A stretch of 64,000 bases of DNA from Octopus sinensis. Its lineage: Eukaryota. The notes beneath the pieces are model-generated. The model had not been told where the DNA came from and searched no databases. It saw nothing but the letters and a program-made list of their open reading frames with translations. Positions 1-12,578 of this stretch are shown one piece after another; position 1 is the first letter of the stretch, and every line of letters begins with the position of its first letter. Location: assembly GCF_006345805.1 (NCBI RefSeq), contig NC_043011.1, positions 13,776,464 to 13,840,463 of the forward strand, read 5' to 3'. Both the position numbers and the translations under genes were made by a program.

Positions 1-19
1 GGCGGCAGACGAAATACCG

Positions 20-119
20 NNNNNNNNNNNNNNNNNNNNNNNNNNNNNNNNNNNNNNNNNNNNNNNNNNNNNNNNNNNNNNNNNNNNNNNNNNNNNNNNN
101 NNNNNNNNNNNNNNNNNNN
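20..119. other. Assembly gap (100 N)
   Basis: Run of N characters. Confidence 1.
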
Positions 120-168
120 TTCTTTTGACTTTTGTTGTTTTGTTTTTGTTTTTGATTTGCCTATATAT

Positions 169-199
<31 letters not shown>

Positions 200-959
200 C
201 ATATAAAAAATTATAAATATAAATATAAATTAATAATTTTAAATTTAAATAATTTAATTTTAAATTTTAATCTTATATATTTGTAAATTATATTAATATT
301 TTTTATTTTAAGTTTGGTTTATGTTTTTCACTGTTTGAGTTGCCTAATAGTGGTTTTATCTCTAATTTAATTTATATAATATATAAAATAATTAAATTAA
401 ATTGTCTTAATGACCAGCGTCTGACGGAAATGCATAATGAGTACGTCTGAAGAATTAAAAATCGAAAGTATCTAATAAAGGAAAGCCATTTTCAGGCGTC
501 ATCATTGTTTATATCTGTACACACACACACACACACACTCACCACACACACACACACACACGCACACGCACACACGCACACACACACGTGTGTGTCCACC
601 GACACCGCTCCTCATAACGAAGTAACGAATCATTATATATATCTTTGTTAGGATAATTAACTTTAGCTTGCATCTGTAATCACGCACGTGGGTTATAATA
701 ACGTCACGCATTTATTATTATTACCCAAGTTAAGAAAGCCTTGGAAAATTAATTCGTTCTCTAACATGGAAATAATTGCTTTTTGCCGAATTGAATTAAC
801 ATTGAATGTCGATGATTATAATTCAACATTTCTTTTTTTTTTTTTAATGACTTGGAACTCATTTACTGTGTTTATGTAGTAATTAGTGTCTATTGCTTTC
901 GTCTGCAATAGACGGAACATGAAAAGGAACCGTCGTGCTTCGTGTATATAATAGATATG

Positions 960-1167
960 AGTCTCTGTGTGTGCTTGTGTGTGTATATTTGTACATTGGA
1001 GTCCATAGACAAACATACACATACGCGCGCATGCATGCATACATACACACATACATACATACATACATACATACATACATACATACATGCATGTGTGTGC
1101 GTGTCTGTATATATATATATATCAAATATGTGTGTATATATATCAAATATGTGTGTATATATATATA

Positions 1168-1234
<67 letters not shown>

Positions 1235-1545
1235 GTGTGTATTATATAAATGTATTACACACACACACACACATATATTGTGTGTATGCATATATATCTA
1301 TGTGTATGTGCGTGTGTCTGAATTTGTGTGTGTATGTATACTTATGTACATGAGTGTGTGTGTGTGTATATATACATACATATGCGTGTATATATATGTG
1401 TGTATATATATATGCATGCACATATTTATATACATACATACATACATACATGCATACATACATACATACATACATACATACATACATACATACATACATA
1501 CATACATACATACATACATACATACAAACACTTACACACACACAT
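960..1545. repeat. Compound microsatellite (TACA)n/(TA)n/(TG)n
   Basis: Directly visible simple repeats; they explain the overlapping low-complexity ORFs. Confidence 0.95.
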
Positions 1546-1828
1546 TTTCAGCATAAGAAATAGGCTCTATGCAGTTGCTGGAAAATGCAGTCAAATTTCC
1601 TTCAAGCTGCAGAATACATTCTATAAATGTGACCCTGCGTTCATTTTACCGAAGATATAAACGAGGTGATCACATCTGGAATGCTTTTAGTCTTAGATCT
1701 GCTCAGTCAGGGTGACCTGTGGTTAAACAAGAACAACATACATTTACCTAACATATACACATAATCCATAGGCGTATATATGCATATCCATGTATACACA
1801 CATACCCCACCTATACACATACACACAC

Positions 1829-1884
<56 letters not shown>

Positions 1885-1917
1885 TATAGATATATCTATA
1901 TATATATATTATATATA

Positions 1918-2178
1918 TAACCATGCTTCGACTACCTCTCAACTTATGTTCTTTCAAACATGTGATCTATGAGCACCACCAGCTCAAATATTTTTTCTCT
2001 GTCTTCCCTTCTTGGGATCTTTCCTTCTCCTTGTTTCCGACGAAGAGTCCGCTCGAAACGTTAACCCTCCTTCCCTTCTTTCCTGAGCCTCAGTAATACT
2101 TTAATTGTTCCACGTCTGCGTTTGCTCGTTGCTGTGTGTTTTTTTCTCTTTTTTCTGGTTTTCTTGTTTGGATTAACT
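1918..2178 (+). mobile_element. Short Penelope-like/retrozyme-like element with variant hammerhead motif, inserted in (TA)n
   Basis: Unique-looking ~260 bp between (TA)n tracts. Closely similar to 51878-52085. Contains GTTT-CCGACGA-A-GAG-TCCG-CTC-GAAA-CGTT at 2033-2062. Confidence 0.6.
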
Positions 2179-2292
2179 TTATATAATATATATATGTATG
2201 TTTATAATATATATATATATATATAGATATATATATATATATCTGTGTGTATGTATGTATATGTATATATGTATGTTGTATATTATATATAT

Positions 2293-2345
<53 letters not shown>

Positions 2346-3319
2346 CTTATATATATATACTTATATATATATATACTTATATATATATTTATATACATAT
2401 GTGCATATATATATATATATTATATATAATATATAGATATATATATATATATGCACATAATATGTATGTACTATTACGTAACCAAAATCAGGTGTGTGTG
2501 TGTTTCACAAAATTAAAAGCTATATAATTAATGGAATTCGGTAGCAATGAATGTAGGCATAATAATTAATTATAACTGTCAATCGCCATCAATAATTCTT
2601 TATAATTATTAATGATTATCTAACCAAAATAATAATAATCATCCATAGATAGCTATAATTATCAACCATTGTAAATAATTATTAATTAATTGTCATTAAA
2701 AAGCTACAAAGCAATAACGCTAATTTGTTATCATCAAAGAATTCTAGGATAATGGCTAAGTTATTATTCCGAGACGTAAGACGTTTAGGAATATCAGTTC
2801 TTAACAACGATGTGTTGGGAAAGGCATGACAGCAAGTGAAATGATGGGAGCTCCCGGAGAACAATGGAAGCTAATTGAAAACAATAAAATAAGATTAAAG
2901 AACAGAGAGTTATTGATTAATGTCAGTTCAGAATTTTAGATTTGTGTAATATTATAACAAGACATAATGTGGGAGTTGGTGGTAACGTTACTTTGTAGTG
3001 AGTCTGGTGATGGGAGATGAGGAATATGAGAAATAATGTGTGTCTGGTATGCGTGTATGCGTCTGAGCGTGCGTGCGTGCATGTGTGTGTAGTGAATCTA
3101 CGATTAAGTCGGTGAGATATCGACCAAGCTATGAAGAACAATTTCTAATGACGCCACCATCCAAGGCGGTTCTATTAAGACTTCCAAATGCAATTCGGAT
3201 AATCGCTCGAGAAATACAATTGTTTGGGAACGACTGATAAATCTGGGACATTGGGGATGACAGTCTTAAAGCAGAGGAAACGCAGAATCTAATATAACAA
3301 CTTCAAACTGACTACCATA

Positions 3320-3333
3320 TTTCCCGCCATCTT
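3320..3333 (-). promoter_or_regulatory. Overlapping YY1-like (AAGATGGCG) and E2F-like (TTTCCCGC) motif in a locally CpG-richer unique segment
   Basis: tttcccgccatctt at 3320-3333. Motif match only. Confidence 0.25.
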
Positions 3334-3616
3334 AGTGGAAGCCGGCTGCTGACAGCACGTGCTGATGTTACCAGACTTCACAAATAAGAATAAACAAATA
3401 AAGCAACTTCACAATCAATTGATTTACAATAAAGTAATCGAACACGAGATATCCTCACATTTTTCTTCAATTTATTTATTTGTTTCGTTTTAATGATTTA
3501 ATACCTGAGTTCATTGGCTCAGTTTTCTTCTTAACTCGAAGGTTTCCTCTTTAACATTTTGGATACAAAGGCAGAGTATTATAAGCAAGTTTTGAAAATA
3601 TTTTGATAAAAATCAA

Positions 3617-4022
3617 GGATCTTTTCGGTTTGAACGGCAGTTTTTTTCTAGCGGTGTCATATGAAATTGTCACCCATAATTATGACCCTAGTATCGATCT
3701 ATTGCATTTCAATCTGTTTTAGGTTAGGGTTAGGAGTGGGAGAAGGGTATCTTTTTTTCTTTAGAAATGTAAATAAACCCAATCTGTTTCTTAAACGAGG
3801 GACATATTCATACGGCACAGAATGCTTTTTACCTCAATAGACGTCACTGATTGGTTGAAATTGCAGAAAAAACAACAACAAATATCTTACAAACTAGAAT
3901 TTTCTCAATAAAGCCAAGAGAAAAAGATGTTTTATAAACACATTCTACCAGTATACGAAGTTTAAAATGTTTTAGTTAGCTAGAAATTATGTTAAAAACT
4001 GCCGTTCAAACCGAAAAGATCC
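3617..4022. mobile_element. MITE family M1 (Merlin-like), copy 1
   Basis: TIR GGATCTTTTCGGTTTGAACGGCAGTTTTT at both ends; perfect 8-bp TSD aaaatcaa. Confidence 0.9.
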
Positions 4023-4553
4023 AAAATCAATTGTATGTTTATTTTATGAATATTTCATAAGGGAAGGTCCATCTGGTATAAATAGAATTTACATATATGT
4101 ATATGCCTATGAACATGTGGTGTGTGTGTGTGTGTGTGTGTGTGTGTATTCTCATGCTGGGACTACCTAATACCTAATTTTGAGTCTGATACTTGTTCTG
4201 TCAATCTCTTTTTGCTGAGCCGCTAGTTGATAGGACACAAACAAACCAATATTGGTTGTCAAATGGTGAGAGACAAACACAAGCGCACGCACTCACATAC
4301 ACACAGACACACACATACATGCACACCACACACACGCGTACACACACACTCATATATATGTATATATAAACACATACATATACACACTAGCACGCAAACA
4401 TACACTTATGTCCGCATATACAATATGTGCGTGTATGCATATGTGTATTTATGTACACATAAACTAAATTTCCTCCCCTCCTCTCTCTCCACACGCACAC
4501 TAAGAATAACAACTCATATTCACATGCATATGCACACGCACACACACCAACCA

Positions 4554-4594
<41 letters not shown>

Positions 4595-4647
4595 CACACA
4601 GACGTACTAGAAACACGTATGAAAATGGTTCACTTAACATTGAACTC

Positions 4648-5057
4648 GGATCTTTTCTGTTTGAATGGCAGTTTTTAACATAATTTCTAGGTAGCTAAAA
4701 AATTTTAAACTTTTATACTGGTAGAATGTGTTTATAAAACATCTTTTTCTCTTGGCTTTATTGAGAAAATTCTATGGTTTGTAAGATGTTTGTTGTTGTT
4801 TTTTTCTTCAATTTCAACCAATCAATGACGTCTATTGAGTTAAAAAGCATTCTGTGCCGTATGAATATGCCCCTCGTTTAAGAAACAGATTGGGTTTATT
4901 TACATTTGGGAAGAAAAAAGATACCCTTCCCCCCCCCCCACTAACCCTAACCCTAAAACAGATTGAAATGCAATAGATCGATTCTAGGGTCATAATTATG
5001 GGTGACAATTTCATATGACACCGCTAGAAAAAGCTGCCGTTCAAACCGAAAAGATCC
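4648..5057. mobile_element. MITE family M1, copy 2 (opposite orientation to copy 1)
   Basis: Same TIRs; perfect 8-bp TSD ttgaactc. Confidence 0.9.
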
Positions 5058-5526
5058 TTGAACTCATTTCAATGAGATGAATATGCCGTATGAAGGAAGT
5101 TGTATCACATTGTAATCAGAGATATCAATTGGAATCAAATGATCGATCTGAATAAAGTCTGTATTGTAAGTAAAGACTGAGTGAGGAATTTTGTGTTCTT
5201 TGATTGGACAGATAATGGTTGGCTGCATGGCGACACGGTTTTTGGGAGATGTTGAGGAAAACTTTCACATTTTCTTTAGTTGCAGCCGACGAAATGCCGC
5301 TAAGCATTTTGCCCGTCGTCTTAACGATCCTACCAGCTCGCTGCCTTGATAGTATATTGTAATATCACAAACTGATGAAATGAGATTAAATATAATAGGA
5401 CGCGTGTGTGTGTTTGATCACTTCGGTGACTCTACCATGATGCACATAGAAATGTGTGCAGTGTTTCAAATACGAGAATTTTATGCTATTAGATTTATTT
5501 TCATAGCTAGATTTTTTTTCATATTA

Positions 5527-5572
<46 letters not shown>

Positions 5573-6217
5573 GATTTAAAATATGGCAATACAGTTAAAC
5601 GGCACACACTTGATGAGGCTTAAGATGACTGGAACATGTCCGGGATTATCACCATACCGCCAGAAACAAGACTTATTCCCCATTACGTTCTAATATCAAT
5701 TCTTTTTAATCCTGGAGCTGCCTTCTTGACCAAAAAATCAGTCATTAAGATGGTTTTTAATCCATTACTAAGGTTAGAAATTCATTTAACTAAAAATCCT
5801 CGCCTTACATTTTGAGTATGTACATAGCATGGCCGAGTGGTTAAGAAGCTCACTTTGCAATCACCAGGTTTCGGGTTCGATCCCATTACTTGATATTTTG
5901 AGCAAATGCCTTTTAACATAGCTTCGGGTGGGGTCTAACCTTTGTGAATGAAATAGGGTAGATGGGAACTGTGTGAAACCCCGTCCGATGGATTGTACCT
6001 ATGTCATACTAATTCCGCCAGGAAATTATGTTAACAACAGTTATTACCTGCGGAATATTAGCCACTTATACGTTAATTCAATGAACAGGTGATTCAGCGG
6101 GTTAAAAAACTTATTCTCATCGTTGTCGAAACCAACAGGTATGGTGGTCGCTCTATGCAGAACAGGTGTTAAACAATTAAACGAGATTTCAGAACGGTTT
6201 TTTTTTTAACTTTTCAG

Positions 6218-6413
6218 GTAAAGTTGTGTCTACGGCTCCAGAACCTAACGAGACAGAAGAAAACATCGATTCCATGTGGGATGTTGATGCTGAAGTGATA
6301 ATCATTTGGGTCACCGGAGTGATTGTATTGATCACTCTTTTGACAATGCTGATCTGTTTCTTGGCCACTCGCAGAAAACAAGACCGTGCAGAAGATTCGC
6401 CAGTTCGAACCAG
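6218..6413 (+). CDS. Exon of an unidentified single-pass type I membrane protein (juxtamembrane stalk + TM helix)
   Basis: Acceptor ttttcag at 6211-6217, donor AG|gtaaat at 6414. Encodes KVVSTAPEPNETEENIDSMWDVDAE-VIIIWVTGVIVLITLLTMLICFLAT-RRKQ, i.e. an N-glycosylation sequon, a hydrophobic helix and a basic stop-transfer. Splices in frame to 7228. Confidence 0.85.
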
Positions 6414-6461
6414 GTAAATAGACGATGGTGTCATTGAGTCTCTTTAATGTATGGTTTAAAA

Positions 6462-6813
6462 CAGTGGTTCGCGACCATTTTGTTTTGTTTTTTTATCTAT
6501 AGATTCCTTTCGTTACTATTCTGTCCTGGTGAACCCCTATCGCCATTCAGTGTTTAAAAACTACTTTTATAGATACTCCTTTCAAAATTCCTATTTTATT
6601 TTTCATACATTAACTCGTGTAGGTTGAATTATGTAAAATGTTTGCGAAAGAAACCTAACTGTTTCTTGCAATAAATGTATCTTAAGTAAAAATGTTTTCA
6701 TGGACCCTTAATATACTTCTGTGGATCCCCAATTTACTATTTTACTTGCGTGGACCCCACAAACACTTATATTGACCCCTTAGGGTCATATGGACCCTAG
6801 TTGAGAATCACCG
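6462..6813. mobile_element. hAT (Charlie-like) MITE in intron
   Basis: TIR CAGTGGTTC../..GAATCACCG; 8-bp TSD gtttaaaa/gtttaaag fitting NTNTANAN. Confidence 0.75.
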
Positions 6814-7227
6814 GTTTAAAGTATGTATCTGTTCCCTAAACTATGAACTTATTTCTTTACGGTAATGATGTTGAGGAGAAGGAGGAGATATACAATATAA
6901 TATAAAACAACATATATATACATATATATATAATACAATATAACACAATATATATATTATATTATGTTTCTACTTCTTATCGAAAATCCTTTAAATAATC
7001 TGTAAGCATTTAAATGTTTGTGTAAATGCAGGCAGAGGGAGAGAGTGAATGCGAGAGAGAGAAGGTAGAGAGAATGAGTGAGGGAGATATATATATATAT
7101 ATATAGACAGAGAGACAGACAAAGAAAGAGAGAGAGGGGCGAGTTTGAGGTTTACCTAATCAATCAATGCAATAAGCCAATAACATTGATCTGCACAACT
7201 GAATTGTAGTTCGTTTAATTTCTACAG

Positions 7228-7767
7228 GTCTCGCAATGAAGAGGCAGTGAACCCAGGAAGGGGCGGAATAGGGATCAGTTGTACCACTGGCGACAGCATC
7301 GGCGGCGTTGGAGGCGAAAACCCAGCTTACACAAGCAACAGCGATGAACTAAACGGCCTGTTTAATATATACCATCCTCGAATGGTCAATTCGTTGCCGC
7401 ATATCCATAGTCCAGTCTCGAACCAGGGTGGACAACAATGGAACTCTTCGTCACAGACACAAGCTGCTAATCTGCCAGATGCTGACGGAGGCTTTCAGCA
7501 AATATCTCTTCCACCGAGCCACATAACAGAAGCCAGTCCGAGTTATTACCCCGGTCCGCCGCCACCATCTCCGCCACCTCTTCTCTTGACCCGGAGCAAT
7601 GCAAACGTCTCAGCACGCGACTACATGCGTAATGAAGACTACGTGCTTGACCCTTACTTCCTAGCTTCGGCTCCCCCGCCTTATACACGTTATGCTGAAG
7701 ACTACCACCCAACTAGCCCAGCAGATGCATCCTGCTCTTTGCCAGTTAGAAGTGAACGATCATACAG
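7228..7767 (+). CDS. Cytoplasmic-tail exon of the same membrane protein (Pro/Ser-rich, NPAY and PPPY motifs)
   Basis: Acceptor tctacag at 7221-7227, donor AG|gtaagt at 7768. A 540-nt open frame continuing the phase-2 junction, GC-richer than its flanks. Confidence 0.88.
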
Positions 7768-8143
7768 GTAAGTTATTGTTAATATATTTAACAGGGGAGG
7801 AGGATGGGAATTAAAACGTTAATTATGAATAATTATGTGATCATAAAACGATATATTTAACACAGGTGATGGGGATGAGGATTAAAACGCTAATTAGGAA
7901 TAATTATGTGATATAAAAAAAAAACCATATTTGTCCATGACTAACAACATTAGCTTCAGTTTCCAGCAAGTTCAGAAGACCACTTTGAACATATTTCCAC
8001 CTTATTCTGACTTCATCACAAAGAATAATTACCATCAATTAGTTTCTATATAGTAACAAGTTAGTGATGCAGGGGTTGGACATGGTTTTCTAATTGAAAT
8101 AATTATGCTAAATATAGTGTTATTCTATTGGTAACATTTGCAG

Positions 8144-8174
8144 GTCCAAGAACGAGACCCTACAGAGATCTTGA
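8144..8174 (+). CDS. Candidate terminal coding exon A (RSKNETLQRS*)
   Basis: Acceptor catttgcag at 8135-8143; in phase with the previous exon; TGA at 8172-8174. Confidence 0.5.
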
Positions 8175-8398
8175 AAGCCTACAGTCTCTGCACAACAAAA
8201 TTCAAAAACCATTTAAATCGATCTAAACTCATTACCGCCTGTTAGTTAATATAGTCTCGTTACATATACTTTCTTACTGCAGAACCCTCAATGTACTTAA
8301 TCATGCGATCAAGCGATATGTTGGAAATACCAGCCAAATCCCCTTTACATCACACCCTACCATCTTAAATATATGGAAAGGACACATTAGATAATATA

Positions 8399-8621
8399 TA
8401 TTTCTTTACTACCCACAAGGGGCTAAACACAGAGGGGACAGACAAACGGATTAAGTCGATTATATCGACCCCAGTGCGTAACTGGTACTTAATTTATCGA
8501 CTCCGAAAGGATGAAAGGCAAAGTCGGCCTCGGCGGAATTTGAACCCAGAACGTAACGGCAGACGGAATACGGCTACGCATTTCGCCCGGCGTGCTAACG
8601 TTTCTGCCAGCTCGCCGCCTT
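8399..8621 (-). mobile_element. tRNA-like SINE family A, near-intact copy
   Basis: Head ggcggcgagctggcagaaacgttagc and B-box-like gggttcaaattcc on the minus strand; 16-bp TSD cacattagataatata. Confidence 0.9.
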
Positions 8622-8771
8622 CACATTAGATAATATAGTCCTAGATACTCCTAGGAATACTGGATGAATACGGATGGAATGATTTTTGTTTCATAACGTT
8701 ATAACTGTAATATATAACATCTTGCAAATCAGCTGTCATGTGTTTTTTTTTAATTTTATATATATTTCCAG

Positions 8772-8793
8772 AGTGGCGTATGATTACTTCTGA
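8772..8793 (+). CDS. Candidate terminal coding exon B (RVAYDYF*)
   Basis: T-rich tract plus tttccag acceptor ending at 8771; in phase with exon 7228-7767; TGA at 8791-8793. Confidence 0.5.
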
Positions 8794-9295
8794 ACTGGAG
8801 CAACCACTGACACCAACCTTTCACTTAAACGACTGTCTTAAATCACAAGTGCCTTCATATCTCTCATTCAGCGGTTAAAACATCGTGTTCAACTAAATCC
8901 ATGCGAAATCACATACAAAGACAACTTGTCTGAAAAATACTAGACAACGGACGACACTTCATCGAGCTATGGTACCCTCTCTATTGATGCATTTTAAGTA
9001 GAAATAACGAATGAAAAATCAGCGATGAACTATCTGTAACTTTTTTAACTTTTCTGTATATTTGTTTGCTTTTCTCCGAAAGAATTTATAACAATTCCAT
9101 TTTATTTTATTATCATTTTCTACTGTTCTACCGTTTAATTTATCATTTTAATAATTTTAATGTCGTGCACCCGATCAGCTGAGTCAATAACTTAGCTTCG
9201 ATTCCTTATCGAAATTGAAATTGACGTCTTTATTGCATCTGGGAAATGTATGCTGTTCCCTGTGCCAATATAACGAGGTATTATTTTCAGGACGG

Positions 9296-9670
9296 TGAAG
9301 ACGGCGAGCTGGGTGAATTGTTAGCATGCCGGACGAAATATTGTCCGTCTTTACATTCTGAGTTCAAATTTCCATGATCGATGAAATAATTACCAGTTGA
9401 GCACTGGGAGTCGATGTAATCGACTAACCCCTTTCCCTAAGTTTCAGGCCTCGTGCCCAGAGTAGAAAGGATTATTATCAGGAGAGTGAGAGCTGTAGAA
9501 TTGTAGAATCTTTAATGCGCCGGACAAAGTTCCACGCGACAGTTCAACTCTCGCCGAGGTCAACTTTGCCTTTCACCCCTCCGGGTCCGATAATATTGAG
9601 TACCTGCCGAGTAATCGGGGTAAATGTAATCGGCTAAAACTCAAAATTCTTGGTTTTCTACTTAATTTAG
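9296..9670 (+). mobile_element. Two adjacent degenerate SINE family A copies
   Basis: Similarity to the 8399-8621 copy (gagttcaaatt, aagtaccagtt, gtcgatgtaatcgact). Confidence 0.75.
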
Positions 9671-10061
9671 AAACAATTATTTTGAGGATGGCCTCATCCA
9701 TATTTCAGAGATAATGAGTATTTAGAGCTTCCAGAAAAAGGCATGAAAAGCACATCTTCCCATCCACTGTTTATACTCATTTAAGATACAAATTAGAAGG
9801 GAGCATAAAAATTGGTACAAACAGTAACGAACGAAATTTTAAATGAATCTGATACGATAAATGGGCAGTAATTAAGTTATAAAATTTTTCCCTGTCAAAT
9901 TCACATTGTACGGTACTTTCTCACAATTTAACCACGTGACCACAAAAAAGTAGTCACTTGATATCTCTGTTTGCATTATATAAAATTTGCTTTTTTTTTT
10001 CTTTTTCCCTTCCATTACTCTGAAACTCTTCTGAAAAATCATTTCATTTGATTTTATTGCA

Positions 10062-10992
10062 TTGGGTTATCAGATAAATTCTTTCCTTTTTTTTTTTTCC
10101 TTTTTTCATAATCCTTATTTTTCATCAACAATTTCACCAATCAGTCGATAATATATTCTTTTTCATTGTCCATGATTTCTTGCCAATGTTGCGCTAGATT
10201 GTCAATGCCATTGACAGTTGAAATCATTGGGTCTTGACTCGAAGAATTCATCGAGCCACGTTTTCAACTCCACATTGTTGTTGAACGAAACGCCTCGCAG
10301 ACTGTTGGAGAGGGGTCGGAAAAGGAGATAATCTGAAGGAAAATTCTGTGGGCGCGGTAGAACTTCTCAACCGAGCTCTTGAATAGCATTTTTGGTCAAA
10401 TTTGCGATACAGAGACGAGCGTTGTCGTACTGAAGAAGCACGTCGTGTCGCAGGATTGTCTCGCTGGGCCCTTACCTATTGAGTGAAGGTGACAAGCGAC
10501 AGTATCATGAGAACATCCCATCTGCTGGGTTAACTCCCTAGGGGACCTGCACGGATCCTTGTGGATGAGCTCGTTCAATGGAACTTCGTTGAGCTGAGCA
10601 AGTTGGTCGGAACGCGGAGTGTTTGTAAGGTCGGATTTCCTCTCCTGGAAGTGTGATCACCATCACTGTGCAATTCATTCAGTAATAGTACCTTTTCCAT
10701 GGACAGCACAAATGTCTCGAGGTGGTTTGGCAACTTTGGAACCTGGACTGAAAGCGAAGAGAAAAGCAGGTGTCGAAAATGCTCTTTTTCTCTTCTACTT
10801 GAAACTGCATCGTCATAGGTCGGGGGGAAAAAAAAAGTAAAATTTATTTAAATTTCAAAAACGATAAACAAAAGTTGTAGAGGAAGAATAGATCCACATA
10901 AAAAAATGCCATAAAACACTGCAATAAACACATTTTTCATGTTTTTTTTAATAACACAAGAAAGAAACAAATGAATTTTTCCGACAACCCAA
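10062..10992 (-). mobile_element. Degenerate mariner transposon (internally deleted)
   Basis: Imperfect TIRs ttgggttatcagataaattc / gaatttttccgacaacccaa. Minus-strand remnants include RELTQQMGCSHDTVACHLHSIGK (HTH) and a C-terminal LGWEVLP..FNNNVELKTWLDEFF-like segment. Confidence 0.8.
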
Positions 10993-12052
10993 AAAGCAAA
11001 CAAATGTGCCTTCATCTATAATCATGTCTATGTCTAGCATTTTCTATCATTGGCAAGCAAAGCTGTTATGGTGTCATGTGACCACTCATACCATAATAAC
11101 ATGGATGAGTGAATGGGTTTGCCTAGAACTGTAAATAACCGAGAATGAGACGAAATTCTTAACGATGTCGGAATGGTACGTTATTTTTGAATTTATATTT
11201 TGCTAAAGATCAACTTTACCTTTCAATCCACCCCCACTGCCCAATAGTAATATAGTGGAGTAAATTCTATTGTCTATGCTTCGACCAAAGATGATTAAGA
11301 GCAAAAAAAGTAATGAAAGCTCCTTTTTGTTGTTTTTTTTTTCGTTTTTTTTACCGATTAGAAGCACGGTAGCCGATTGGGTATAACATCAGATTTTTGT
11401 TTCCCGATTGTCTGTTCGCATATCGATGCTGAATACCCTCTTTCTCTTCCCTTTGAAATCCCATGATTTAACTCCGACGGAGTAAAAGATTAATGTTTCT
11501 TTATAGCTAAAGATATCACAATGATTTGTTTGGGATTTATCACATATGACGACAGCCGCTCGTCGCTCATTCCCCAGTACGTGGTATAAACGAAACGTAT
11601 TTACTAACAACTGGAGAATGTAAGACATTTCAAACCGTATTCTTTGAAAGCAATAAAACTTATTCACAATAGCAATAAATTCCTCTCGAACTTTTACCCA
11701 CCGATTCTATATTACAACATCGTTGCTCAAAGCTTAAAACCTAAAAAATTCAACGTCTTCCTGAAATTCTGTATATGGTGTAACATTTGCAGTTAACAAT
11801 TACCATTTTTTATCTTTACTTTTTTTTTCGTATATATTGATGGTATTGTGGTATTCCGTGTGCTGCATGCTTGTACTGTAAGTCTCTCCTACAAAAATTG
11901 TAAAAATAAAACGAAATATATACGATGTTTTATATTGCATGATATGATGATATAAAACTATATAAAATAGTTTCAAAAGTGTGTGGTGTGTGTATGTGTA
12001 TGAGTATGTATGTATGTACATATACATATATACATAAATACATACACACACA

Positions 12053-12125
<73 letters not shown>

Positions 12126-12252
12126 ATATATATGAATATATACATATATATGTATGAATATATATACATATATATATATGAATATATATTATACATATAT
12201 ACATATATATAATATATATATATAGAATATATATCTATATATATGTGTGTGT

Positions 12253-12375
12253 ACAAGAGCGTAGGCTCGAAACGTAAAAGACTTTTTCTATCCTGAGCGT
12301 TATACTAATACATCTGTTTGTTTTGTACATCACCTGTCTTCGTCTTTTGTTTTTTTTTTCGTAAACTCTCCCTAT
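12253..12375 (+). mobile_element. 5'-truncated short element with partial hammerhead motif, inserted in microsatellite
   Basis: AAGAGC-GTAG-GCTC-GAAA-CGTA followed by cctgagcgt..aatac..tttgtt shared with 1918-2178 and 51878-52085. Confidence 0.5.
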
Positions 12376-12511
12376 ATATACATATACATACATATATATA
12401 CATACATATACATATATATATACATATACATATATATATATATAAATGGCGGTTGCCCCAGCATGGCCACAGCTCATAAGCTGAAACTGGAAAAATCAAA
12501 AATCAAATCAA

Positions 12512-12578
<67 letters not shown>

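Noticed and set aside
231-480. Possible mitochondrial insertion, or hammerhead at ctgaaga..cgaaa (~449-470)
   Set aside because: No recognisable mitochondrial gene. Stem II is only 3 weak A-U pairs and no stem I pairing is found.
7785-7920. Two ~68-bp tandem copies with acag acceptor-like ends in the intron
   Set aside because: A local tandem duplication; no open exon with a donor in the required phase.
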